From Thermoplasmatota archaeon (GTDB lineage: Archaea; Thermoplasmatota; E2; JACPAO01; JAHFTW01): a DNA stretch of 55,374 nucleotides. The stretch lies in contig JBFIJP010000001.1 in NCBI GenBank assembly GCA_041600695.1, positions 1-55,374 on the forward strand. Reading direction: 5' to 3'. Positions 17,963 through 26,299 of the stretch are shown one piece after another. Position 1 is the first letter of the stretch; each line of letters begins with the position of its first letter. Both the position numbers and the translations under genes were made by a program. A model generated the notes under the pieces. It ran no database searches, was not told the origin of the DNA, and was given only the letters and a program-made list of their open reading frames with translations.

Positions 17963-18315
17963 CACCTCGTCCCCCTGGGCCACCTCTGCCGAACCACCAA
18001 CCTCGGCCACCTCTACCCCAATCCCACTCCATGACCCTGCCCCGAATCCACCCGGGCACAGGGTCCGCCTGGACCCCTGGGGTCCAGGCATTGTACCGCA
18101 ATGATTTTCCTCCCGCCTGAGCAGGGGGAAGCGGAACGGGACTTCGGTCCCGGGCCAACCAACAACCAACCAACCAACCGCATCGGCCGGGCAACGGGGT
18201 GAGTCGCGACACTTTTTTGGTCGCGGCCGCCGCGGGGGCCCCTGGCCCGGCCCGGCCGGTGCACCCACCTTTCCTTGGATAGTCTCTTTATCGCAGCCAC
18301 TGCCATCGCCGCGCC

Positions 18316-19347
18316 GTGAAGATCGCCAACAACGTCCTAGACCTGATGGGCAACACGCCACTCGTGCGGCTCAACAAGGTCGTCCACAAGGGCGGCGCCC
18401 CCGTGGTCGCAAAAATGGAGATGTACAACCCGGGCTTCAGCGTGAAGGACCGCATTGGCCTGCCCCTCATCCGGGCCGGCGAAGAGCAGGGCCTCCTCAA
18501 GCCCGGCGGGACCATCGTTGAACCCACCAGTGGCAACACCGGCCTCGGCCTGGCCATGGCCGCAAGCCTGCTCGGCTACCGCATGGTTTGCACTCTGCCT
18601 GACAAGGTGCCCATGGAGAAGCAGAGGCTGCTCCAGGCCTTCGGCGCCGAACTCATCGTCTGTCCCACCAACGTCGAGGCCGACGACCCCCGCTCCTACT
18701 ACAAACAGGCCGAGCGAATGCGCGACGAAGAAGGCGCCTACCTTCCCTACCAATACTACAACCAGGCCAACCCAACCGCCCACGTGACCACCACGGGGCC
18801 CGAGATCTGGCGCGACACCGACGGCAAGATTACCCACTTCGTCGCCGGCATCGGCACCGGCGGCACCATCAGCGGTACCGGCAAGGCACTGCACGAGGCC
18901 GCCCGCGCGGCCGGCCGGGATGTCCAAGTCATCGGCGTCGACACGGTGGGCAGCATCTACGAGCACTACTTCCACCACCGGGAGTTCCCCAAGTACATCC
19001 ACCAGTACCTCATCGACGGCATCGGCGAGGACTTCATGCCCGAGACGGTATGGTGGGACCAGATCAATGATGTGCGCACCGTCAGCGACCAAGATGCCTA
19101 CCTGATGCAGGCCCGGCTGGCCCGCGAGGAATCCATCTTCACCGGATCCAGTGGCGGCGCCGCCGTCGCCGGCGCCGTTGCGGTTGCCAAGGACCTCTCG
19201 CCGGACGACTTGGTCGTGACGCTGCTGCCAGACAGCGGCGAGCGCTACCTCAGCAAGTTCAACGAGGAATGGCTGACCGCCAAGGGCCTCACCAAGGCCG
19301 CCAGCTACCTGGCCACCAGCCAAAGCAGCACCGACCTGGAGGAGTAA
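18316..19347 (+). CDS. PLP-dependent cystathionine beta-synthase/cysteine synthase family enzyme (no CBS-pair domain)
   Basis: GNTPLVRL, NPGFSVKDR, TSGNTGLGLA, GIGTGGTISG and PDSGERYLSKF. GTG start at 18316. Confidence 0.85.
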   Translation: MKIANNVLDLMGNTPLVRLNKVVHKGGAPVVAKMEMYNPGFSVKDRIGLPLIRAGEEQGLLKPGGTIVEPTSGNTGLGLAMAASLLGYRMVCTLPDKVPMEKQRLLQAFGAELIVCPTNVEADDPRSYYKQAERMRDEEGAYLPYQYYNQANPTAHVTTTGPEIWRDTDGKITHFVAGIGTGGTISGTGKALHEAARAAGRDVQVIGVDTVGSIYEHYFHHREFPKYIHQYLIDGIGEDFMPETVWWDQINDVRTVSDQDAYLMQARLAREESIFTGSSGGAAVAGAVAVAKDLSPDDLVVTLLPDSGERYLSKFNEEWLTAKGLTKAASYLATSQSSTDLEE

Positions 19348-19349
19348 GC

Positions 19350-20546
19350 ATGGTGCGCCTCGAAAACACGGACGGGCCCGGCACACGCTGCGTCCACGCT
19401 GGTGTCACCGCCGACCCCCAGACAGGAGCCGTAACACCTCCACTTCACCTTTCGAGCACGTTCGCGCAGCAGGGCGTCGGGGTCCACAAGGGATTCGAGT
19501 ACGCCCGCACCGGCAACCCCACCCGCGGCTTCCTGGAGAAGGCCATCGCCCAGCTCGAAGCGGGTCCAGCCGGGGCCGCCGCGGGCGCCCGCGGGCTAGC
19601 CTTCGGCAGCGGCAGCGCCGCGCTGGACACCCTCCTTCGCCTGCTGGACACGGGCGACCACGTGGTGTGCGCCGAAGACGCCTACGGGGGCACCATCCGG
19701 CTGCTGACCAAGGTCACCAACCGGTGGGGCCTCGGCGTGACGTTCGTGGATACCCGCGACCTGGACGCGGTGCGCGCCGCCATGACTCCCAAGACGCGCA
19801 TGGTGCTGATGGAGACGCCCACGAACCCGATGCTGCGCGTGAGCGACATCGCCGCGGTGGCAGAGATTGCTCACGCTGGCGGCGCGCTGCTCGTGGTGGA
19901 CAACACGTTCATGAGTCCGGCCCTGCAACGCCCCCTGGATCTCGGCGCTGACCTGATCTACCACTCAGCCACCAAGTACATCGGTGGCCACAGCGACGTG
20001 GTCGGCGGCCTGATCGTCGCCAAGGACCCCAAGATCGGCGAGGACCTGGCCTTCCTGCAGAACGCCGTCGGCGCCATCCTGAGCCCCTTCGACTCCTTCC
20101 TGTTGCTGCGCGGCCTCAAGACCTTGCACCTACGCATGGAGCGCCACTGCGCCAGCGCCGCCACGCTGGCGGCCCGCCTGGCCAAACACCCTGCCGTGGA
20201 GGAAGTCTACTTCCCCGGCCTCCCCGGCCACCCCAACGCGGATGTGCAAGCCCGCCAGGCCAGTGGCCCCGGCGGCATGCTGAGCTTCCGCCTGCGGGAC
20301 GGCCCCACAGCGCGGCGGATGGTGACCGCGACGCGGCTCTTCCAACTCGCCGAATCCCTCGGCGCCGTGGAATCGCTGATCCAGGTGCCGGCTGCCATGA
20401 CGCATGCAGCGGTGCCAGCCGAGATTCGCAAGCGGACCCGCCTCGACGAGGGACTCGTGCGCTTGTCGGTGGGCGTGGAAGACGTTGAGGACCTGTGGGC
20501 CGACCTGGAGCGGGCCCTGGCCCAGATCGAGCTCGTTGCCTCATGA
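19350..20546 (+). CDS. Cys/Met-metabolism PLP-dependent enzyme, cystathionine gamma-lyase/synthase family
   Basis: YARTGNPTR, DNTFMSP, HSATKYIGGHSD (PLP lysine) and LAESLGAVESL. It lies 2 nt downstream of the CBS-like gene. Confidence 0.85.
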   Translation: MVRLENTDGPGTRCVHAGVTADPQTGAVTPPLHLSSTFAQQGVGVHKGFEYARTGNPTRGFLEKAIAQLEAGPAGAAAGARGLAFGSGSAALDTLLRLLDTGDHVVCAEDAYGGTIRLLTKVTNRWGLGVTFVDTRDLDAVRAAMTPKTRMVLMETPTNPMLRVSDIAAVAEIAHAGGALLVVDNTFMSPALQRPLDLGADLIYHSATKYIGGHSDVVGGLIVAKDPKIGEDLAFLQNAVGAILSPFDSFLLLRGLKTLHLRMERHCASAATLAARLAKHPAVEEVYFPGLPGHPNADVQARQASGPGGMLSFRLRDGPTARRMVTATRLFQLAESLGAVESLIQVPAAMTHAAVPAEIRKRTRLDEGLVRLSVGVEDVEDLWADLERALAQIELVAS

Positions 20547-21355
20547 AGCTCCTCCTGGCTGCCCTCGCGGTGCTGCTGGCTTGCGCCGCCGTCGAGGCCT
20601 CGTCCGACTACGTGGCCGACCCGCAGGGCGACGTGAAGATGCAGTCGCGCGGCAACGCCACCGTCGGGCACGCGCCCGAAATCGACATCCTCAACGTCAC
20701 CGCCCAGCGCACAGACAACAACCTTGTGCTGACGATGGATCTGGCCGGCGAGCCAATCGGTCACCTTGACGGCCAAGGCAACGTCAGCCAGGTCGCCTAC
20801 ATGTTCTTCCTCGAAAGCCTCGACGAGGGGCAGGAACCTTCGTCCCGCACGGGCACCGTGGGAACCTGGGCCGATGTGGTGCGATGCAGCGCCCAGCGCC
20901 AGACGGATTTCACCTGCGCCGCCGCCAAGGCCACGCTGGACATACGGTCCGTGCGGCTGGAGAAGCAAGCCGTGACCTTGGAAGCCGGCATCCACAACGA
21001 GACCTTGTTCCAAAACATCGGCGTGGGCGGCTTCACGATCCTGTTTCGCGGCAGCGACAACGCATTGTTCTTCATGGACCTCACACGCAACGCCGATGCC
21101 GCAAACTCCGAGCCAAGCCGCCAGCAGGCAACCAACAACACGGCGCCCCAGGCCGGCTTCTCGGTCCAGCCCGCGGCCGGCAACGCAAGCAGCCAGAGCC
21201 AACAGAGCGCACCGGGGCAGCCGATCCATCAGAACGATCAGAACAACCACGCCGACGCGACGGGCAACCATTCGGCCCCCATCGCACCAACACCCGGCTT
21301 CGGGCTGGCGGCGACCGTGGCCACCCTGGCAATCGCTTCTCGGCGGCGCCGCTAG
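20543..21355 (+). CDS. Secreted surface protein with a PGF-CTERM archaeal sorting signal
   Basis: Signal peptide MKLLLAALAVLLACAAV. The C-terminus TPGFGLAATVATLAIASRRRR* has the PGF motif, a hydrophobic helix and an Arg tail. It has several N-x-S/T sequons and a Gln/Asn/Ser-rich linker. ATGA overlap with the upstream gene. Confidence 0.75.
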   Translation: MKLLLAALAVLLACAAVEASSDYVADPQGDVKMQSRGNATVGHAPEIDILNVTAQRTDNNLVLTMDLAGEPIGHLDGQGNVSQVAYMFFLESLDEGQEPSSRTGTVGTWADVVRCSAQRQTDFTCAAAKATLDIRSVRLEKQAVTLEAGIHNETLFQNIGVGGFTILFRGSDNALFFMDLTRNADAANSEPSRQQATNNTAPQAGFSVQPAAGNASSQSQQSAPGQPIHQNDQNNHADATGNHSAPIAPTPGFGLAATVATLAIASRRRR

Positions 21356-21608
21356 CCAGCGTCCGTCCAGGGGACCGCGCTCCCAGTCCAAGGGTGCCCG
21401 GCGTTCGTCCACAATGCTTTTCCCGGCGGCCGAGTCCCTTCAGAACGTCGAATCCCTGAACCAGGCACTGGCAGCGATGACGCGCCTTCGTGCCCGCCGA
21501 GAGCCGCAGGAGGACCCGCCGCGACGGCCCCTGGCTGTTGGCTGGCGGCCGAAACCCGTCCATGCCGGTCCCGGCCAGGGCCATGCACGAAATCCCGGTG
21601 GTTGCCCC

Positions 21609-22469
21609 ATGAAGATCCGCATTACCCTGCTCGCCGTCTTGCTCCTGCTGGCCCCCGCCATGGCCCAGGACGCCCAGCCTGCTTCCGACAGCCTACCCGA
21701 CGCCCGCGACGATGTCATTCAAAGGCAGTCGAGCAACGAAACGGACGAGGATGGCAACCCCGCCATGCCCCCACTCGTCCCCGGCAGCGGCCACGCACCG
21801 GAAATCGACATCACCAACGTCCGGGCCGTGCGCCTGGGCAACAACCTCACCATCACCATGGAGACGGCGGGCACGCCCATCCCGTCCCTGAAGGAAGGCG
21901 ACTTCGTGACCCAGGTCGCGTACATGCTCTTCGTGGAGGACTTGGCCGAGGGCCAGCAGCCCTCGTCCAAGACGGGCAAGGTTGGCAACTGGGCAGAGGT
22001 CATCCGTTGCGCCATCCAGATCCAGGGCAACCTCACATGCGCCGCCGCCAAGGCCCAGATGCGCATCGCCTCCGTGGACATCGGCCAAAACGCCGTCGTG
22101 GTGGAGACAGAGATCTTCGATGAAACCATGTTCCAGCGCCTCGGCGTGGGTGGCTTCACCCTAATGTTCAGGGGCACCACCGAGAACCAGACCTTCCTGA
22201 TGGACATGACCAGCAACCTGGATGTCCAGAACGCGCCTGCAAGCACGGACGCCGGGGGCCCGAGTGGTCTGCTGGGCATGCTGTCCGATCTGTTCGGCTG
22301 GCTGTTCGGCTTCCCGCAGGTCCTCGGCGTGGCTATTCTGGCCGCCTACGGTGTCAGCGTGTACGTCAAGCGTCGCCAGGAGGCGGAATCCTCGGCCACA
22401 GCTCCTGCGACGGCCACCTCGCCGTCGGCCCGGGTCAGCGAGACGATCGACGACGAATTGAAATCATAG
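21609..22469 (+). CDS. Paralogue of the preceding surface protein, with a C-terminal TM helix and charged tail instead of PGF-CTERM
   Basis: Shares GHAPEIDI.NV, NNL..TME, QVAYM.F.E.L.EGQ.PSS.TG.VG.WA.V.RC, TCAAAKA and GVGGFT..FRG with 20543-21355. Signal peptide MKIRITLLAVLLLLAPAMA. TM helix VLGVAILAAYGVSVYV followed by KRRQ. Confidence 0.75.
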   Translation: MKIRITLLAVLLLLAPAMAQDAQPASDSLPDARDDVIQRQSSNETDEDGNPAMPPLVPGSGHAPEIDITNVRAVRLGNNLTITMETAGTPIPSLKEGDFVTQVAYMLFVEDLAEGQQPSSKTGKVGNWAEVIRCAIQIQGNLTCAAAKAQMRIASVDIGQNAVVVETEIFDETMFQRLGVGGFTLMFRGTTENQTFLMDMTSNLDVQNAPASTDAGGPSGLLGMLSDLFGWLFGFPQVLGVAILAAYGVSVYVKRRQEAESSATAPATATSPSARVSETIDDELKS

Positions 22470-22598
22470 ACTCGGCGGGTCGCCAGCCCGAGCCGGTCCA
22501 AGCTGCATGGAAGGCGTGCTGTGTTGGCCGCCAGCCGGAGGTCCGGGAGGCCGGGCACCCAGCGAGCGACCGTCCGCCGGTGTCAGACGCCAGGGCGC

Positions 22599-23828
22599 TT
22601 ACCTGATCAGGTGGCCGAGCGATTCCTTGAAGGCTTCCGCTTCGGCGCCAACGGCGGCCGCCAGCCGCACCAGGCGTCCACCGTCCAGGTCTCCGGGGCG
22701 CAGCCGAGCCTGCAACTGCAGCGCTGCCCGCCAATGGCTGCCGGCCAGATCGACCCTGCGCACACGCACGCGGCCGGTCTCCGGGTCCCGCAAGTCGTCA
22801 AAACGAAGCACACGAATCTCCCCGGATTCCATGCTGATGATACCGTTGCCCTCGTCGTTGGCCAGGAAATCAACCGCCCCAACGCCAAGCGTCCGGGTGT
22901 ACTGAACATCAAACGCGGTGGGGTCGGCGCAGCGCAGTTCGTAACCAATGATCTTGGTGACGAAGCCAACCTTGACCCCCCGTGCCTTCAGGCGGGCGTC
23001 CACCACGTCCCGCACTGCGCGGCCGAGATCGATCTCCGACATGCGGGGGTTGCCGTGTTCGTCCAATTCCAGCTTGGCGATTCGATCCAGATCCTCCTTG
23101 TGGAGTCGGTCAAGGATGCCCTCGCCGAGCACCACGAGGCCCCAATCCTGCCCTTCGGCGCCGCGTTTGGCCAGCGCCGCCTCGACGTAGTCGGCGACGC
23201 GGGCGAGACTGACGCCATCATCAAACTCCTCGGGGAGGACAACCAGGTCAGCTCCGCTGCCGATGGCCATGCTGAGCGCCAGATGGCCGGCGCTGCGGCC
23301 CATGGCCGTTACCAGGTACCAGCGACCCGTGGTCTGGGCATCCACCCGCAGGTTGCGGCACAGGCGCGCGCCCAGATCCTTGGCAGTCTCAAAGCCGAAC
23401 GTCGGAGTGTCCCCGGGGAGCGGCAGGTCATTGTCGATGGTTTTGGGCACGTGGGCAACGCGCAGGCCGCCCCCGACCGCATCCGCCACCGCGGCGGCCG
23501 CCGAAGCGGTGTCGTCCCCGCCAATGGTCACCAGGGCCTCAACGCCCAGCCGGCGCATCGAATCCACCGCCGCGGCCATGTCCTCGGGGCGCTTGGTCGG
23601 GTTCGCCCGGCTGGTTCGCAGAATGCTGCCGCCGCGGGTCTCGATGCCCGCCACATCCCCGGCTCCGAGCGGCGTGCAAACTCCGACGTTGCCCGAAATG
23701 AGGTTCGCGTAGCCCTGCCGAATGCCTATGACTTCCCAGCCGCGGGCCTCAGCGGCCAGCGTTACGGCGTTGATGACACCGTTGAAACCAGGGGCGGGAC
23801 CGCCTCCCGTGAGCACGCCGATCTTCAT
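22599..23828 (-). CDS. pfp: 6-phosphofructokinase, pyrophosphate-dependent type by signature residues
   Basis: MKIGVLTGGGPAPGFN. GGDDT (Asp where ATP-PFKs have Gly) and PKTIDND (Lys where ATP-PFKs have Gly) are the classical PPi-PFK discriminators. ATG at 23828. Confidence 0.8.
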   Translation of the reverse strand: MKIGVLTGGGPAPGFNGVINAVTLAAEARGWEVIGIRQGYANLISGNVGVCTPLGAGDVAGIETRGGSILRTSRANPTKRPEDMAAAVDSMRRLGVEALVTIGGDDTASAAAAVADAVGGGLRVAHVPKTIDNDLPLPGDTPTFGFETAKDLGARLCRNLRVDAQTTGRWYLVTAMGRSAGHLALSMAIGSGADLVVLPEEFDDGVSLARVADYVEAALAKRGAEGQDWGLVVLGEGILDRLHKEDLDRIAKLELDEHGNPRMSEIDLGRAVRDVVDARLKARGVKVGFVTKIIGYELRCADPTAFDVQYTRTLGVGAVDFLANDEGNGIISMESGEIRVLRFDDLRDPETGRVRVRRVDLAGSHWRAALQLQARLRPGDLDGGRLVRLAAAVGAEAEAFKESLGHLIR

Positions 23829-23911
23829 GGTTCGCCGCGAGTCCGGGCCTCCTGAAAAAGGGGATCGGCGCACGTGGCAAGGCTCAAGCCCCGTGCGCCC
23901 GCTGCCCCACC

Positions 23912-24733
23912 ATGGAGCCCGTCGCGGTCCTTGAGGCCGCCAAGCGGCACGCCAGCGCCATCGCGTTCAGTCCCGATGGCAAGTCGCTCGTCACCGGCGG
24001 CATGGAAGGAACGCTGCGCGCCTGGAACGTGGGCGACTGGAGCCTTGAGCACGATCTGAAAGGGCACACGGGTTCGGTCAATGGCATCCAGTGGCAGGGC
24101 GACTGGATGGCGACCGCCGGGTCGGACAAGACCGTGCGATGGTGGCATGATTGGCAGGCCGATGACGCGTGGCAGGGCTTCGTGGGCATCGCCTGCCACG
24201 ATGGCGCCATCGCCCTTCGCAAAGAGCGCAGTGCACAAATTGAGATTCACCTGGGCCACAAGGCCAACAAGATCAAGACCGGCCATGCCCGCGTGATGGG
24301 CCTCACCGCGGTGCCCGGCGGGTGGGCAGTCTCCGGCCTTGGCCCCGACGTTGAGATTCGCGACATTGACGGGGAATTCATGCACACGCTGCCTGGCCAC
24401 CAGCCCTGCCCAGCGTCCATAGCCGGATCGGACCCAATCGTGACGACGGATGGAAAAGGACGCGTGCGATTGTGGAGTCGGGGAAAAGAAAAGGCCGGAT
24501 TTTCCGTTCACCCCGGGTATTGCTGGGCGGCGCCCAGCCCGAATGGGAATGCGATCGCCACAGGGAGTGAGAATCAGATTGGAATTTGGACGCCTGAGGG
24601 CGAATTGATGGATTCCTTCGAGCCCGGGCTGAAGGGCGTGTACGGAGTTTGCTTTTCGCCCGACGGGCAGTGGCTCGTCAACGCTGCCGCCGACGGGGAA
24701 GTTCGCGTCTTTGACGTAAGCCGGACAGGTTGA
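23912..24733 (+). CDS. WD40 repeat protein (273 aa)
   Basis: Repeated SPDG..LVTGG.EGTLRAWN, GSDKTVRWW and AAADGEVRVFD type blades. Confidence 0.8.
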   Translation: MEPVAVLEAAKRHASAIAFSPDGKSLVTGGMEGTLRAWNVGDWSLEHDLKGHTGSVNGIQWQGDWMATAGSDKTVRWWHDWQADDAWQGFVGIACHDGAIALRKERSAQIEIHLGHKANKIKTGHARVMGLTAVPGGWAVSGLGPDVEIRDIDGEFMHTLPGHQPCPASIAGSDPIVTTDGKGRVRLWSRGKEKAGFSVHPGYCWAAPSPNGNAIATGSENQIGIWTPEGELMDSFEPGLKGVYGVCFSPDGQWLVNAAADGEVRVFDVSRTG

Positions 24734-24823
24734 GACACGACATCTTGTCGACCCCACGGGCCGCCCGCCAGACGCTCCGCCATGAGCGCATGGGCTTCGG
24801 CCTTCTAGCGGCCCCCTGGTGCC

Positions 24824-25639
24824 TCAGAGTAGGGATACAACGGGCATCGGAATCCATGCCCGGTTGTTGCCGTAGTCCGTCTCGATGATGAACTGGTTGG
24901 AGTTCATTTCGCCCTCAAGGATGTAGAGGCCCGTCGGCAGATCCGTTACGTCGATCCACATGCCGTCCTGGAAGAAGGCATACGTGTCCGCCCACCCCGG
25001 GTCCTGGCCCTGGCTGCTGTTGCAGATCTGGAACAGCACATCACTGTGGTTGGGCACAGGATCAAACGTCGTCGCCGCGCCATTGGGCCCAGGCACGAAC
25101 GGCTCCTGGGAGACAACACAGAAGCCCTGTTTCTTGCCCGCAACAAAGGCAGACTGCAGTTCCGGGTGGGCGGCCAAAACCTCCTCGGCCGGCCGGGCCG
25201 GGTCGGCGGTGCGAAGCGCATCCCAGGCAAGGAAACCCTCCGGCGTCCAGACCCGGAACGTTGCATGTTCCTTGACATGGTAATGCCGGTGGCAACTGGA
25301 CCACTCGAACCAGTCCGGATGGTCGGCGGGGGCGCCGAGATTCAAATCTCCATCGCCAATGTTGCCAAACGTGAAGCTGACCCTAATCAATTGCCGGTGG
25401 CCGGCCTCGACGGCCCCCTCGCGCACGGCGCAATGGTTCGGCCCGAAAAACTCCGTCTCCTGTTTTCCGATGGCCAGCGACTGGAACGATGTGGCGAGGT
25501 CCGGGCATCCGCGCGGATCCGAACAGGGGACCTGGAGCGGGTCGTTGCCGGACGCGCCGCCGGTCGGGTGAAGGGCGACGGTCGTTGCGGCGATGACGAT
25601 GAAGAGAGCAAGCCTGCGCATTACGGGAGAAAGGCGCAT
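24824..25639 (-). CDS. Lysyl oxidase (LOX) family copper amine oxidase homologue, secreted
   Basis: FEWSSCHRHYHVKEH matches the LOX copper site WEWHSCHQHYHS. GKKQGFCV aligns to GHKASFCL (LTQ Lys). GWADTYAFFQDGMWIDVTDLPTGLYIL aligns to [27 protein letters not shown] (LTQ Tyr). ETDYGNN aligns to ESDYTNN. N-terminal signal/anchor; start at 25639 or 25621. Confidence 0.85.
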   Translation of the reverse strand: MRLSPVMRRLALFIVIAATTVALHPTGGASGNDPLQVPCSDPRGCPDLATSFQSLAIGKQETEFFGPNHCAVREGAVEAGHRQLIRVSFTFGNIGDGDLNLGAPADHPDWFEWSSCHRHYHVKEHATFRVWTPEGFLAWDALRTADPARPAEEVLAAHPELQSAFVAGKKQGFCVVSQEPFVPGPNGAATTFDPVPNHSDVLFQICNSSQGQDPGWADTYAFFQDGMWIDVTDLPTGLYILEGEMNSNQFIIETDYGNNRAWIPMPVVSLL

Positions 25640-25739
25640 GGCCTTCTTCGCGCTTTGGGTCCGCCCCGGTGGGGGCGCCCCACCCATGATGCCGCCCGTC
25701 ACAGTACCAACGCAGCCACCGTAGGCGGTGATCCATTCC

Positions 25740-26108
25740 TCAGGCAAGCAATTCGAAGAGCAACGCGCCAATCGCCGCCAGTTCCACCACCCATGACAGG
25801 TGTCGCCCCCGCGAAACGATGATGGTCATCACCGACGTGGCGCCGAGTCCACAGACCACGGTCCAGCCGATCACCTGCTCGGCGCTCGCCGGCGCCAACA
25901 GCAACAGGGCGGCGATGGCCCACCAAGCGACCGTGAGGGCGTGCCAAGCGAACCTGAGCGTCTGCTTGGTGAACGAGTCGTCGCCGAACAGCTTCGGTAA
26001 GTCCCGCCTGAACAGACGGATCAGGATGAACTTCTCGCCGAGAATCGAGTGGGCCAGGGCGAGCGCGATCATCATGACGGCGGCGGCAACGAAGCCGGGA
26101 GGGCTCAC
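25740..26108 (-). CDS. Small 3-4 TM membrane protein of unknown family (local paralogue A)
   Basis: 122 aa containing ALALAHSILGEKFILIRLF..DLPKLF.DDSFTKQTLRFAWHALT. It looks roughly 80% similar, by eye, to the copies at 32678-33007 and 28317-28634. Confidence 0.65.
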   Translation of the reverse strand: MSPPGFVAAAVMMIALALAHSILGEKFILIRLFRRDLPKLFGDDSFTKQTLRFAWHALTVAWWAIAALLLLAPASAEQVIGWTVVCGLGATSVMTIIVSRGRHLSWVVELAAIGALLFELLA

Positions 26109-26299
26109 GCTGGCTGATGGCTGGGGCGCGCTAAGGGGCTACCGGGCCAACAGGAGGAGCGCCGCGGCCGCCTGCATCCGGACGCGTGGGAAAAAACCAG
26201 ACCTCCGATGTGGGCGCCTGCCGTGCGGGCCAGGACTCACGCCGCCGCGCGCTGCGTTCGAAGCGCCCCGGCCCTGTTGGGCGTCGCAGCGCGCCGCCG

